Assembly: GCA_934096105.1 (NCBI GenBank)
Contig: CAKOLH010000004.1
Coordinates: forward strand, 2,494-66,493
DNA length: 64,000 nt
DNA from: an uncultured Bacilli bacterium
GTDB taxonomy: Bacteria; Bacillota_I; Bacilli_A; RF39; UBA660
Direction: 5' to 3'
The translations under genes and the position numbers were made by a program. Shown in pieces: positions 39,247-48,920 of the stretch. Position 1 is the stretch's first letter; each line of letters opens with the position of its first letter. The notes under the pieces are model-generated. The model saw only the letters and a program-made list of their open reading frames with translations, searched no databases and was not told the DNA's origin.

Positions 39247-40087
39247 ATCTAGTTTTTGGTTCACTGCCTAAATCACTTGTATAGTATTCATCTTCGTAAT
39301 TAGATAGTGTTTGATTTTCATAAGCCGTTAGTATAGTATTTTGCATCATATTAGTAAATACTTCATTACTAACTTTATTAACAGGATTACCAAACTCATC
39401 TGTTTCTTGTGCATAGTAACCATTAATATTTAAAAATTGACTATAACTTATATAATGGTATAATCCATCAGCATAAGTGACACTTTGAATAAATTTATCA
39501 AATTCTTCATGATTATCAATAGCTAATTTATAAATATAAACTTCCATTGGAGTATCGGCATCTAGAACACAATAATCTTCAACAGTATTATTTCCTATTT
39601 TGAACTTACCATTTTCCTCGGTTCCAAGACCATATTCTAGTAGAGTATCTTCTCCTAGGTCTACTAGGGTTTGGGTTGCTTTTTGAACTTTTGCATTATC
39701 GTGACCCCTTGATGCAGCAGCCAAAGCAGTAGCACCACCTGCAGTAATAATAGCTGAAATTAACATACCAATAACTGCTTTCTTTAATGTGTTTTCTTTT
39801 TTCTTTTTTGCTCTTTCTTGTTCTTGTTTTAGTCTCTCTCTTTTGTCTTTTAAAAAATCTAAAGTTTGCGTTGGTTTACGGTAGTTTTCTAGTGCTTCAT
39901 TTAGTTCTTTTTCTTTTCTCCATTTTTCTAAAACGGCTGCAGGATCAGGATCTTTTCCTCCATCAAATATTTTTCTATTTGGATCATATTTTACTGATTG
40001 TTCATTCTTTTTCTTTGTCATGCTATCAATTTCATCATTTAGTCTTTGATATTCATTAAAAAACTCATTTTTTCTTTTTTCTTCCAT
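39245..40087 (-). CDS. Coiled-coil / single-TM protein of unknown function
   Basis: Start at MEEKRKNEFF, with AGGAGG 8 nt upstream on the minus strand. Charged coiled-coil N-terminus, TM helix AVIGMLISAIITAGGATALAA, globular C-terminus. Confidence 0.6.
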   Translation of the reverse strand: MEEKRKNEFFNEYQRLNDEIDSMTKKKNEQSVKYDPNRKIFDGGKDPDPAAVLEKWRKEKELNEALENYRKPTQTLDFLKDKRERLKQEQERAKKKKENTLKKAVIGMLISAIITAGGATALAAASRGHDNAKVQKATQTLVDLGEDTLLEYGLGTEENGKFKIGNNTVEDYCVLDADTPMEVYIYKLAIDNHEEFDKFIQSVTYADGLYHYISYSQFLNINGYYAQETDEFGNPVNKVSNEVFTNMMQNTILTAYENQTLSNYEDEYYTSDLGSEPKTR

Positions 40088-40215
40088 TTCTATTGTCCTC
40101 CTAGAATAAATATATATTAATTTAAATATAAAGTCAATATTTGTTGACAATAGTTTTACATTTTATGTTTAAAATATTTTCTTTTTAATCATAATAATTA
40201 TGAAAGGAGATAAAT

Positions 40216-40434
40216 ATGCAAAATTATAATGTAGTACCTAATATTATTTCAGGTAAAGATTTAGATTATTTATCTGATATGTTTAACTGGAATTATACTG
40301 GTTATAAAGAACTATATAATACATTAGAAAATATATCAGATGATGAAGTTAAAACTATGATAAGTAGAGTTAGTGAAGTATTATATAATAATATGACTAA
40401 TATTTTAAATGTACTAGGAGGCTCTTATGAATAA
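40216..40434 (+). CDS. Small protein co-transcribed with the CotF-like gene
   Basis: 72 aa, AAAGGAG RBS, overlaps the next ORF. Confidence 0.5.
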   Translation: MQNYNVVPNIISGKDLDYLSDMFNWNYTGYKELYNTLENISDDEVKTMISRVSEVLYNNMTNILNVLGGSYE

Positions 40435-40741
40435 TAAAATTACTAATCCTAAAACTGAAGTACCTAAAGGTAAGGCATTAAATGATAAAGATTATTTAAA
40501 TATGACTTTATCACTACTTAAAGATATGGAAAAGAATTATGCTATATCTTTAACTGAAGCCTCTAATGAGAATTTATTTGCTAAGTATGAAGAAGTATTT
40601 AATGTAATTAAAAGTCTTCAGAGAGAAGTATTTGAACTAGCCTTTAGAAAAGGCTGGTATGAACTAGAAAAGGCTCCATCTAATAAGATTACTGAAAAGT
40701 ATAATACTTTAAATACTGAGTTTAATGATTTAAATAATTAA
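40427..40741 (+). CDS. Spore coat protein F (Coat_F) family protein
   Basis: LNDKDYLNMTLSLLKDMEKNYAISLTEASNENL...LQREVFELAFRKGWYELEKA matches the Coat_F pattern. Confidence 0.7.
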   Translation: MNNKITNPKTEVPKGKALNDKDYLNMTLSLLKDMEKNYAISLTEASNENLFAKYEEVFNVIKSLQREVFELAFRKGWYELEKAPSNKITEKYNTLNTEFNDLNN

Positions 40742-40742
40742 A

Positions 40743-40768
40743 AAATAAGAGCAGACTGCTCTTATTTT
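40743..40768. terminator. Bidirectional terminator (cotF-like / clpB)
   Basis: ATAAGAGCAG-a-CTGCTCTTAT flanked by A and T runs. Confidence 0.75.
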
Positions 40769-42873
40769 AATATTAATTTGTCACTATCTACATCGATAGT
40801 AATGGTACTACCAAAAGATATTTTATCATTAATGATAGCTTCTGCGATTAGAGTTTCAACATTTCTTTGAACATATCTCTTTATAGGTCTAGCACCATAT
40901 TTTTCATCATATGAAACATTTACAATAAACTCTTTAGCTTTATCAGTTACATCTATTTTAATATTCTTATCTCTTAATCTATATTCAATATCTTTGATAA
41001 TTTTATTTAGAATATCATAAACAACATCCTTAGTTAAAGAATTAAATATTATTATTTCATCTATTCTATTAATGAACTCAGGTTTAAAAGTACTTCTTAA
41101 TTCTTGCATTACAAGTTCATTAGCATTATCTTTATTATCTAAGATATATTCACTACCTAGATTAGATGTCATTATTATGATAGTATTCTTAAAATCTACA
41201 GTTCTACCTTGACCATCGGTTATTCTACCATCATCTAGTATTTGTAGTAGTACATTAAAGACATCGTGATGAGCTTTTTCTATTTCATCAAATAAGACAA
41301 TAGAGTAGGGATTTCTTCTTACGGCTTCAGTAAGCTGTCCACCTTCATCATAACCTACATATCCTGGAGGGGCACCAATTAATCTAGCTACTGAATGACT
41401 TTCCATATACTCAGACATATCTATTCTTATCATATGTCTTTCATCGTCAAATAGTTCATAGGCTAGAGTTCTTGCTACTTCAGTTTTACCAACACCAGTG
41501 GGTCCTAAGAAGATAAATGAACCAATTGGTCTATTTGGATCTTTAATACCCGCTCTTGAACGAATAATAGCTTCAGTTACTAAGTGAATAGCATTATCTT
41601 GTCCTTTTACTCTTTCTTTCATTTTGTCTTCAAGATGTAGTAACTTTTCTTTATCTCCTTCGGCTAATTTAGATACAGGTATATTAGTCCATTTAGATAT
41701 AATAGCGGCGATACTTTCTTCATCAACTGTATCTGATAATATTTCTGATTTATTAATTTCTTCAAGAGAAGCTAGTTCTTTTTCTAGTTTTGGTATAGTA
41801 CCATGTCTTAGTCTAGCAGCACTTTCTAAATCATAGTTATTTTCAGCAGTCTCTAGTTCAAAGTTAGCACGATCTATTTCTTCTTTCTTTTTACTAATCT
41901 TAGTATTAACGGTCTTTTCTTCTTCCCATTTGGTCTTTAAATCTTTTTCTTTTAATTTAAGATTATCTAGTTCTTTATCTATTTCAATAATTCTATTCTT
42001 TGAAATATTATCTTTTTCTTTCTTTAGAGCCTCTTTTTCTATTTCAAGTCTCATAATACTTCTTTCTAGATTATCTAGAGCAGTAGGAACTGATTCCATT
42101 TGTACCTTTATAGTAGCGGCAGCTTCATCTACTAGATCGATTGCTTTATCTGGTAAGAATCTATCAGTAATGTATCTATCAGATAGAGTAGCGGCCGCAA
42201 TTAAAGCTTTATCTTTAATTGTTACACCATGGAATACTTCAAATTTAGATTTTAGACCACGAAGAATAGTGATAGTATCTAGAACAGTAGGTTCTTTTAC
42301 TAATACTTTTTGGAATCTTCTTTCTAATGCAGCATCTTTTTCGATATATTTACGATATTCATTTAAGGTAGTAGCTCCAATACAATGTACTTCACCACGG
42401 GCTAGCATAGGCTTTAACATATTACCAGCATCCATAGCACCTTCAAGTGCACCAGCACCTACAATCATATGTATTTCATCAATAAACATAATGATGTTAC
42501 CTTCAGAGTCTTTTACCTCTTTTAGTACGGCTTTTAGTCTTTCTTCAAATTCACCACGGTATTTAGCACCGGCAACTAAGGCACCCATATCTAGCTCCCA
42601 AATAGTCTTATCTTTTAGATTATTAGGAACATCGCCTTTAATTATTCTTTGTGCCAAACCCTCTACAATGGCGGTTTTACCAACACCAGGTTCACCAATT
42701 AATACAGGGTTATTTTTAGTTTTACGAGAAAGTATTCTAGTAATACTTCTAATTTCTTCATCACGACCAATAACTGGATCAATTTTACCATCTTTTGCAG
42801 CCTTAGTAATATCTCTACCATATTTTTCTAAGGGCTTTTGTAAATTTTCTTCATAAGGATTATTCATATTCAT
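40762..42873 (-). CDS. clpB: AAA+ disaggregase ClpB, short form without the Clp_N domain
   Basis: Start at MNMNNPYEE after AAGGAAAG. Two Walker A motifs ([16 protein letters not shown]) and a long coiled-coil middle domain. The protein begins at the ...LEKYGRDIT segment that normally follows the N-domain. Confidence 0.9.
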   Translation of the reverse strand: MNMNNPYEENLQKPLEKYGRDITKAAKDGKIDPVIGRDEEIRSITRILSRKTKNNPVLIGEPGVGKTAIVEGLAQRIIKGDVPNNLKDKTIWELDMGALVAGAKYRGEFEERLKAVLKEVKDSEGNIIMFIDEIHMIVGAGALEGAMDAGNMLKPMLARGEVHCIGATTLNEYRKYIEKDAALERRFQKVLVKEPTVLDTITILRGLKSKFEVFHGVTIKDKALIAAATLSDRYITDRFLPDKAIDLVDEAAATIKVQMESVPTALDNLERSIMRLEIEKEALKKEKDNISKNRIIEIDKELDNLKLKEKDLKTKWEEEKTVNTKISKKKEEIDRANFELETAENNYDLESAARLRHGTIPKLEKELASLEEINKSEILSDTVDEESIAAIISKWTNIPVSKLAEGDKEKLLHLEDKMKERVKGQDNAIHLVTEAIIRSRAGIKDPNRPIGSFIFLGPTGVGKTEVARTLAYELFDDERHMIRIDMSEYMESHSVARLIGAPPGYVGYDEGGQLTEAVRRNPYSIVLFDEIEKAHHDVFNVLLQILDDGRITDGQGRTVDFKNTIIIMTSNLGSEYILDNKDNANELVMQELRSTFKPEFINRIDEIIIFNSLTKDVVYDILNKIIKDIEYRLRDKNIKIDVTDKAKEFIVNVSYDEKYGARPIKRYVQRNVETLIAEAIINDKISFGSTITIDVDSDKLILK

Positions 42874-43008
42874 ATATATCACTTTCCTTTCTATTACGAT
42901 ATATATTATACTCCAATAATTAGCAATTGTCAATAGAGATTGCTAACATAATAAAAATAATTTACTTTTATTTTAAAGTGTTATATAATTGTTTTGGAGG
43001 TAAGAGAT

Positions 43009-43602
43009 ATGTATTGTTCTAATTGTGGTAATAAATTAAATGGTAATGAAGATGTATGTTTAAAATGTGGAGTTATGGTAAAGAAAGGTACTACTCCTAG
43101 TAGTAATAATGTAGAAGATAAACCATTAGTTATTTTAAATATTTTATCTTTTATAAATCCAGTAGTAGGTTTAATACTATATTTAAGTCTGAAGAGTAGT
43201 ACTCCAAATAGGGCTAAGAAATGTGGTAAATATGCTATAATTGGTACTATAGTTTCAGTAGTAATTTTTATTATTGCTGGTATTATATTAGCAGTTGCAT
43301 TAATTAACACTGGTAATTCAGAAATAGCTAAATATTCTGATGAGATTAGTCAGAAAGCTATAACAATATATGAAGAAGAAAACAAAGATCAATATACTTG
43401 TTATAATCTATATAAATTAGATAATAATAGTGATTATGTTGGTAGTGTTTCTATAGATAAAAATGGTAATAATTATATAGTTAAAACTTATATTACTAAA
43501 GGTAATAATTATTTTGAAGCAAGATATAAGAATAAGAAGAGAACTGGTTTTAGTAATATTATAGATAATAATCCTAGAATTAATTTATATTGTACGGATT
43601 AA
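43009..43602 (+). CDS. Zinc-ribbon membrane protein
   Basis: [10 protein letters not shown]...CLKCG zinc ribbon, two TM helices, C-terminal ectodomain. Confidence 0.6.
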   Translation: MYCSNCGNKLNGNEDVCLKCGVMVKKGTTPSSNNVEDKPLVILNILSFINPVVGLILYLSLKSSTPNRAKKCGKYAIIGTIVSVVIFIIAGIILAVALINTGNSEIAKYSDEISQKAITIYEEENKDQYTCYNLYKLDNNSDYVGSVSIDKNGNNYIVKTYITKGNNYFEARYKNKKRTGFSNIIDNNPRINLYCTD

Positions 43603-43627
43603 TACATATATAGAAGGAGGAAAATAT

Positions 43628-44032
43628 ATGAAGAAGTTTTTTAAAGAATTTAAGACATTTATAGAAAGAGGTAATGTTATTGATTTAGCAGTAGGTGTAG
43701 TAATTGGTTCTGCATTTACTAATATTGTTAATTCACTAGTTAATGATGTTATTACTCCTACTATTGGGTTAATAATAGGTAAAATTGATTTTAGTAATTT
43801 AGTAATACCTGGTACACAAATTAAATATGGTTCATTTATTAATAATGTAATTAATTTCTTTATTATTGCATTCTGTATCTTTTTAATAATTAAATTTATT
43901 AATAAATTAACTTCATTAAAGAAAAAGAAAGAAGTAGATGAAAAGAAAGAAGAATCTAAGAAGAGTAATGAAGAAATATTACTTGAAGAAATACTTAATG
44001 AATTAAAGAAAAATAATAAAAAGAATAAATAA
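43628..44032 (+). CDS. mscL: Large-conductance mechanosensitive channel
   Basis: [37 protein letters not shown]. Confidence 0.93.
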   Translation: MKKFFKEFKTFIERGNVIDLAVGVVIGSAFTNIVNSLVNDVITPTIGLIIGKIDFSNLVIPGTQIKYGSFINNVINFFIIAFCIFLIIKFINKLTSLKKKKEVDEKKEESKKSNEEILLEEILNELKKNNKKNK

Positions 44033-44039
44033 TATATAT

Positions 44040-44369
44040 CCTCTTAAGCTTGTAGTCTTAAGAGGCACAATAGAGCCTAGGGTCTCTATTGTGAAAGTTT
44101 ATTTTGTAAATATCTATTGTAAAAATTAATTACTTATGGTATTATTAGTATGTAGAAAAAAATAAAGAAAAAGGAGGCCCTTCTCATGAATAAAGTAGTA
44201 ATTAAAAACGTTAACTATTTGTTAATTAGGGGGGGGGCTTGTAAGTCTATTAACCTATATAAATAAAGGGATTATAGATAGTTTAAATATAAAGACTATA
44301 AGGAAAACTAATAGAAATATTAGTCTTTCTTTGTAGTCTTTTTTTGTATTATAGAAAAGAGGTATTAAA
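44040..44369 (+). promoter_or_regulatory. Conserved leader, copy 2 (paralog of 17157-17526), containing a G9 tract
   Basis: Hairpins CCTCTTAAG...CTTAAGAGG and CACAATAGAG-cctagggt-CTCTATTGTG. Promoter TTGTAA (44117-22), 17 nt, TATTAT (44140-45). Conserved core, then AAAGACTA...TAGTCTTTCTTTGTAGTCTTTTTTT before the RBS. Confidence 0.6.
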
Positions 44370-46595
44370 ATGAATAAATATAAGTTATATATGATATTAG
44401 GAATAGTAGTATTAGTGTTATCAGTAAGTAGTAGTTTTGCTTATTATGTATGGAAGAATACATCTAATGCACTAGTTAGTTTAAATGTATGTACTCCCAC
44501 AATAACATTTGCTGGAGGTTCAACAATTAATGGAGTAGACATAGTGCCAGTATTAACTAAAGAAGAAGGGACTATAAAAGATATTGAAGTAAAAAAGAAT
44601 AGTAATTGTAATAGAGATGTAACTATGAATCTATATTTAGAGTTAACTACATTTCCTACAGAACTAGCAGAATCTTCATTTGTCTATGAATTATATAAAA
44701 ATAGTGAAACTATGGCTATAGCAAGTGGTAACTTTGCTAATAAAACAGAGGGAGATACAATAACACTTTTATCTAATCAAATATTAAATACAAGTAAAGA
44801 TACTTATACATTATATATTTATATAGATGGTAATGTAGATAATCCAAGTACTATGGCAGGAAAGAACTTCTTATTTAAATTATGGGGTTCAGGAGAAGGA
44901 GCAATATATAAAGAAAATGTGATAACTACTCCAGATAATCCAAGTACTAGTACATCAAAGTTCTTTAATACTGAAGTAATGAGAGAAGAGATACAATCAC
45001 TTACTATTGCTGAAGATAACACAGTACCAGATACACCAGGAGTAATATCAAAAGATATATCTTCAAATCAAGATGGAACAGTAATGTTATGGTATACACC
45101 AAAAGAAGTAACATCAAGCGATGGAAGTACAAAAACAATGTATGATATGTGGATAGGTGGAGAAAATGGTGTATTACAAACAGGAACAAATGCTTCAGGT
45201 ATGTTTGCATATTTAACTAACATAGAAAAACTAGATTTATCAAAACTAGATACTTCATACATAACCAATATGTCTAGGATGTTTTATAATAGTTCAGGTT
45301 TAAAATCTATAGATTTATCTAACTTTAATACGAGTAATGTTACTAGTATGAGTCATATGTTCGATGGATGTTCTAATTTACTTAATTTAGATGTATCTAA
45401 TTTTGACACTAGCAAGGTAACTGGAATGATAGCAATGTTCTATAATTGCAGTTCATTAACTAACATAGATGTTTCTAATTTTGATACCAGTAATGTTAAG
45501 AGTATGGAAGCTATGTTTGGATTGTGTTCCAATTTAAATACTCTAGACTTAAGTAATTTTGATACTTCTAATGTAACTAATATGGGGAATCAGGTTGGAA
45601 AAGGAGGTATGTTTCAGGGATGCACTAATTTAAAGAGTTTAAATATAAGTAGTTTTAACACTTCAAATGTAACAAATATGACGTGGTTATTTGCAAGTTG
45701 CAAGTCACTTACTGAAATTGATGTATCAAACTTTGATACAAGCAAGGTAACATCAATGCGAGGAATGTTTAGTGGTGCCTCTTCATTGCAAACATTAAAT
45801 ATAGCAAACTTTAATTTATCTAATGTTGATAGTATGAGCGAAATGTTTAGAAATTGCACTAATTTAATTGATTTAATTTTACCTAATTCTTCGGCACCAA
45901 AATTAACCACTATGTATCGTACATTTCAATATTGTACTAATTTAAAAGGAACAATAGATTTATCCAATTTTAAACCAAATAATTATGTTGACTTTGGTTT
46001 TGCTTTTAATGGGTGTAAAAACGTAACTGAAGTAAAATTAAATGACTTTAAGTTTTCATCATTTAACGCAGTTTTTTATGGCTGCACTTTACTTGAAAAG
46101 ATAGACTTTACAGGAATTAGTACATCAAATATAACAAATATGCAAACTGCTTTTGCCGATTGTAGTTCTTTAACAAGTTTAGATTTAACAAATTTTGATG
46201 TTTCAATGGTAGCCACAAGTAAATATGGTAATGCTGGTCTTCTTCAAACATTTGGTGGATGTTCTAATCTTGAAACGCTTAATATTACAGGTTGGAAAAT
46301 AACAAACAAGGTAACAAAGTTGTATGGTACTTTTGATAAATGTAGTAAATTAAAAAAAATAGATTTATCAAATTGGGATACAAGTGGAGTAACTGATTTA
46401 AGTTATGCTTTTAGAAATATGACAAATATTGAAGAAATAGATTTAAGAAGAGCAGATTTTAGTAATGTAACATTTACTACTTCAGTATTCTATCTAACAA
46501 ATAATAATGTTAAAATAATAGTAAAAGATGATATACAAAAAAATTGGTTTAATACTAATTTTAGTAATTTAACAAATATAGTAGTTGCAGACTAA
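44370..46595 (+). CDS. Surface protein: shared N-terminal module plus BspA-type / DUF285 leucine-rich repeats
   Basis: N-terminus SSSFAYYVWKNTS and a roughly 190-aa module homologous to 18081. It continues with many tandem repeats of about 25 aa (DLSNFDTSNVT.M..MF..CS.L). Confidence 0.85.
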   Translation: MNKYKLYMILGIVVLVLSVSSSFAYYVWKNTSNALVSLNVCTPTITFAGGSTINGVDIVPVLTKEEGTIKDIEVKKNSNCNRDVTMNLYLELTTFPTELAESSFVYELYKNSETMAIASGNFANKTEGDTITLLSNQILNTSKDTYTLYIYIDGNVDNPSTMAGKNFLFKLWGSGEGAIYKENVITTPDNPSTSTSKFFNTEVMREEIQSLTIAEDNTVPDTPGVISKDISSNQDGTVMLWYTPKEVTSSDGSTKTMYDMWIGGENGVLQTGTNASGMFAYLTNIEKLDLSKLDTSYITNMSRMFYNSSGLKSIDLSNFNTSNVTSMSHMFDGCSNLLNLDVSNFDTSKVTGMIAMFYNCSSLTNIDVSNFDTSNVKSMEAMFGLCSNLNTLDLSNFDTSNVTNMGNQVGKGGMFQGCTNLKSLNISSFNTSNVTNMTWLFASCKSLTEIDVSNFDTSKVTSMRGMFSGASSLQTLNIANFNLSNVDSMSEMFRNCTNLIDLILPNSSAPKLTTMYRTFQYCTNLKGTIDLSNFKPNNYVDFGFAFNGCKNVTEVKLNDFKFSSFNAVFYGCTLLEKIDFTGISTSNITNMQTAFADCSSLTSLDLTNFDVSMVATSKYGNAGLLQTFGGCSNLETLNITGWKITNKVTKLYGTFDKCSKLKKIDLSNWDTSGVTDLSYAFRNMTNIEEIDLRRADFSNVTFTTSVFYLTNNNVKIIVKDDIQKNWFNTNFSNLTNIVVAD

Positions 46596-46622
46596 GAAAG
46601 ATATAACTAATATCTTTCTTTT
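46594..46622 (+). terminator. Intrinsic terminator after the LRR gene
   Basis: AAGAAAGATA-taactaa-TATCTTTCTT then TT. Confidence 0.8.
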
Positions 46623-46625
46623 AGT

Positions 46626-46728
46626 ATATAGATATGGCTTATATATAATAGATATGTAGATATATTATATTAAGACTAAGAATTAGGCTTAATATAACAG
46701 TGAAAGACTTACATAGTAAGGCTTGAAC
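46626..46728 (+). repeat. Dispersed structured intergenic repeat, copy D
   Basis: TATATAGATATGGCTTATATATAATAGATATGTAGATATA-TTATATTAAG-actaagaattagg-CTTAATATAA-CAGTGAAAGACTTACataGTAAGGCTTGAAC. Confidence 0.75.
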
Positions 46729-46761
46729 TAAATAAAAAGAATATAAAAATAATAAAAAATA

Positions 46762-46790
46762 TTGTATAAATTATAAAAGTATGTTATATT
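46762..46790 (+). promoter_or_regulatory. Putative promoter of frr
   Basis: TTGTAT, 17 nt, TATATT. Confidence 0.45.
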
Positions 46791-46814
46791 ATTTAATGTA
46801 AAAAAGGAGATTAT

Positions 46815-47357
46815 ATGGAAGAAATATTAAATAGTACAGAAGAAAAGATGATGTTAACAATTGAATCTTTAGAAAACAAGTTTACTAATGTAAGAGCAGG
46901 TAGAGCTAATCCTAATATGTTAGATGGTATTATGGTAGAGTATTATGGAGTACCAACACCACTTAAAAGTTTAGCCAATATATCTATACCTGAGGCTAGA
47001 CAATTATCTATTAAACCATTTGATAGATCATGTCTTGGAGCAATAGAAAAAGCTATCTTCGAAGCTAATTTAGGAGTTACTCCTAATAACAATGGAGAAG
47101 TAGTATTTATAGTAATACCACCACTTACTGAAGATAGAAGAAAAGAATTAGTAAAACAAGTTAAAAACTTAGGAGAAGAAGCAAAAATAGCTCTTAGAAA
47201 TATTAGACAAGATGCTAATAAAGCATTAGAAAACCAAAAATTACCTGAGGATGAAGAAAAAAGAGGCAATGAAAGAGTACAAGATTTAATTAATGAATAT
47301 AATAAAATTGTAGATGAAAAATTAAAAGAGAAAGAAAAAGATTTAATGACTATATAA
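46815..47357 (+). CDS. frr: Ribosome recycling factor
   Basis: VRAGRANPNMLDGI...PPLTEDRRKELVKQVK. Confidence 0.95.
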   Translation: MEEILNSTEEKMMLTIESLENKFTNVRAGRANPNMLDGIMVEYYGVPTPLKSLANISIPEARQLSIKPFDRSCLGAIEKAIFEANLGVTPNNNGEVVFIVIPPLTEDRRKELVKQVKNLGEEAKIALRNIRQDANKALENQKLPEDEEKRGNERVQDLINEYNKIVDEKLKEKEKDLMTI

Positions 47358-47394
47358 TAAGACAATGATAAGGAAGTAGTAATACTATAAAAAT

Positions 47395-47570
47395 AATTAT
47401 TAGCGAGCTCTTAGAGGGTGAAAGAAGAGTTAATTATTTAGTATGAATTCACCCTTTAGTTTTATACCGTTAATCAGGTTAAAGATTTAAGAGTATAACT
47501 TATGTTATAAAGAAAGGTGGTACCGCGGATATTAATTCGTCCTTTTATGGTACTATCTTTTTTCTTTTTT
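47395..47570 (+). promoter_or_regulatory. T-box leader (tRNA-Phe-responsive by context) with terminator
   Basis: Conserved T-box AAAGGUGGUACCGCGG (47512-47528). Terminator AAAGGTGGTACC/GGTACTATCTTT plus a T-run. A UUC triplet at about 47448. pheST lies downstream. Confidence 0.75.
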
Positions 47571-47587
47571 AGAAAGAAGGTATTAAG

Positions 47588-47875
47588 TTGGAAGATAAAC
47601 TAAACTATTTATTTAAGTTTATATCTTATGCTAGTTATGAAAAGTTAATTAATAGTAAAAATAATTACTTATTAGAATTACTTGTAAATAACTCTAGAAA
47701 TGTTAATTTAAACTGTCTATATTTAATTAGATATGGAGTATCAAATATAGAAAAGGTAATATTAACTAAGACTGAAGATATAACTAAAGATCATGATGAA
47801 TTTATAAAAGATATTAAATCTTTAGAAAAGAATTTAAATAAGGAAGAAATAATAGCATTATATGAAAATGCTTAA
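47588..47875 (+). CDS. Hypothetical 95-aa protein between the T-box and pheS
   Basis: TTG start after GAAGG. No recognisable motif. Overlaps the pheS RBS region. Confidence 0.4.
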   Translation: MEDKLNYLFKFISYASYEKLINSKNNYLLELLVNNSRNVNLNCLYLIRYGVSNIEKVILTKTEDITKDHDEFIKDIKSLEKNLNKEEIIALYENA

Positions 47876-47885
47876 GGAGGATATT

Positions 47886-48920
47886 ATGAATATAGAAGAA
47901 ATAAAGAAAAGTATAAGTGCTGATTTAGAACATATTAATAAGCAAAATGAACTAAATGATATTAAAAGTAAATATTTAGGTAAAGAAGGTGTAATTACTT
48001 TACTTCAAAGTAAAATAAGAGAAATACCTAATGAAGAAAAGAAAGAATATGGCATTAAGGTTAATGAAGTAAGAACATACTTTAATACCTTATTTGAAGA
48101 AGTTAAAACTAGAATAGAGACTGAAGAAATTAATAGAAAGTTAGAGAAAGAAGCTATTGATATTACACTTCCTAGTGAAGAAATAGCTACTGGTAGTTTA
48201 CATCCATTTAATAGAATAATTGAAGAAGTAGAAGATATATTTGTTAGTATGGGATATGATGTGGTACCAGGTAATGAGGTAGAAACAGACGAGTATTGTT
48301 TCAAGAGACTTAATGTACCTGATGGTCATCCTGCACGAGACGCTCAAGATACCTTTTATATTGATACAGAGTATTTACTTCGTACGCAAACATCTTGTGC
48401 ACAGGCACATACTATGGAAGAAAATGAAGATAAAGGCCCTATTAGAATAATATGTCCTGGTAAAGTTTACCGAAGAGATGATGATGCTACTCATTCACAT
48501 CAATTTGGTCAAGTTGAAGGATTGGTTATTGATAAAGATATCTCATTAGCAGACCTTAAAGGTACGCTAGAAATATTTGCTAAAAAGATTCTTGGAGATA
48601 ATACAAAAGTTAGATTTAGACCTAGTTATTTCCCATTTACTGAGCCTAGTGTTGAAGTAGATTTATCTTGCTTTAAATGCGGTGGTAGAGGCTGTGCTCT
48701 ATGTAAAAATACTGGCTGGATAGAAGTACTTGGAGCAGGTATGGTTCACCCTAATGTACTTAGAATGGGCGGCTACGACCCAGAAGTATATACTGGTTTT
48801 GCTTTTGGTACAGGATTAGATAGATTAGCAATGTTTAAATATAATATTCCAGATATTAGATATTTATATACTAATGATGTCAGAATGTTAAGACAATTCG
48901 ATAGAAAGGATGAAGAGTAA
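47886..48920 (+). CDS. pheS: Phenylalanine--tRNA ligase alpha subunit
   Basis: ATG at 47886 after AAGGAGG. Class II motifs FRPSYFPFTEPS and GFAFGTGLDRLAM. Confidence 0.95.
   Translation: MNIEEIKKSISADLEHINKQNELNDIKSKYLGKEGVITLLQSKIREIPNEEKKEYGIKVNEVRTYFNTLFEEVKTRIETEEINRKLEKEAIDITLPSEEIATGSLHPFNRIIEEVEDIFVSMGYDVVPGNEVETDEYCFKRLNVPDGHPARDAQDTFYIDTEYLLRTQTSCAQAHTMEENEDKGPIRIICPGKVYRRDDDATHSHQFGQVEGLVIDKDISLADLKGTLEIFAKKILGDNTKVRFRPSYFPFTEPSVEVDLSCFKCGGRGCALCKNTGWIEVLGAGMVHPNVLRMGGYDPEVYTGFAFGTGLDRLAMFKYNIPDIRYLYTNDVRMLRQFDRKDEE

Noticed and set aside
39787-40059. 90-aa + strand ORF within 39245-40087
   Set aside because: It is antisense to the better-supported minus-strand gene. It is a Leu/Phe-rich artefact with no RBS.
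41930-42856. 308-aa ORF on the + strand inside clpB
   Set aside because: It is antisense to a strongly supported ClpB gene. The translation is low-complexity and S/F/L/I-rich with no RBS. This is the usual artefact of an AT-rich gene's complementary strand.
2574-46728. Whether the dispersed repeats could be a CRISPR array
   Set aside because: The copies are kilobases apart, about 100 nt long, internally palindromic and occur in both orientations. There are no regularly spaced short repeats and no cas genes in the window.
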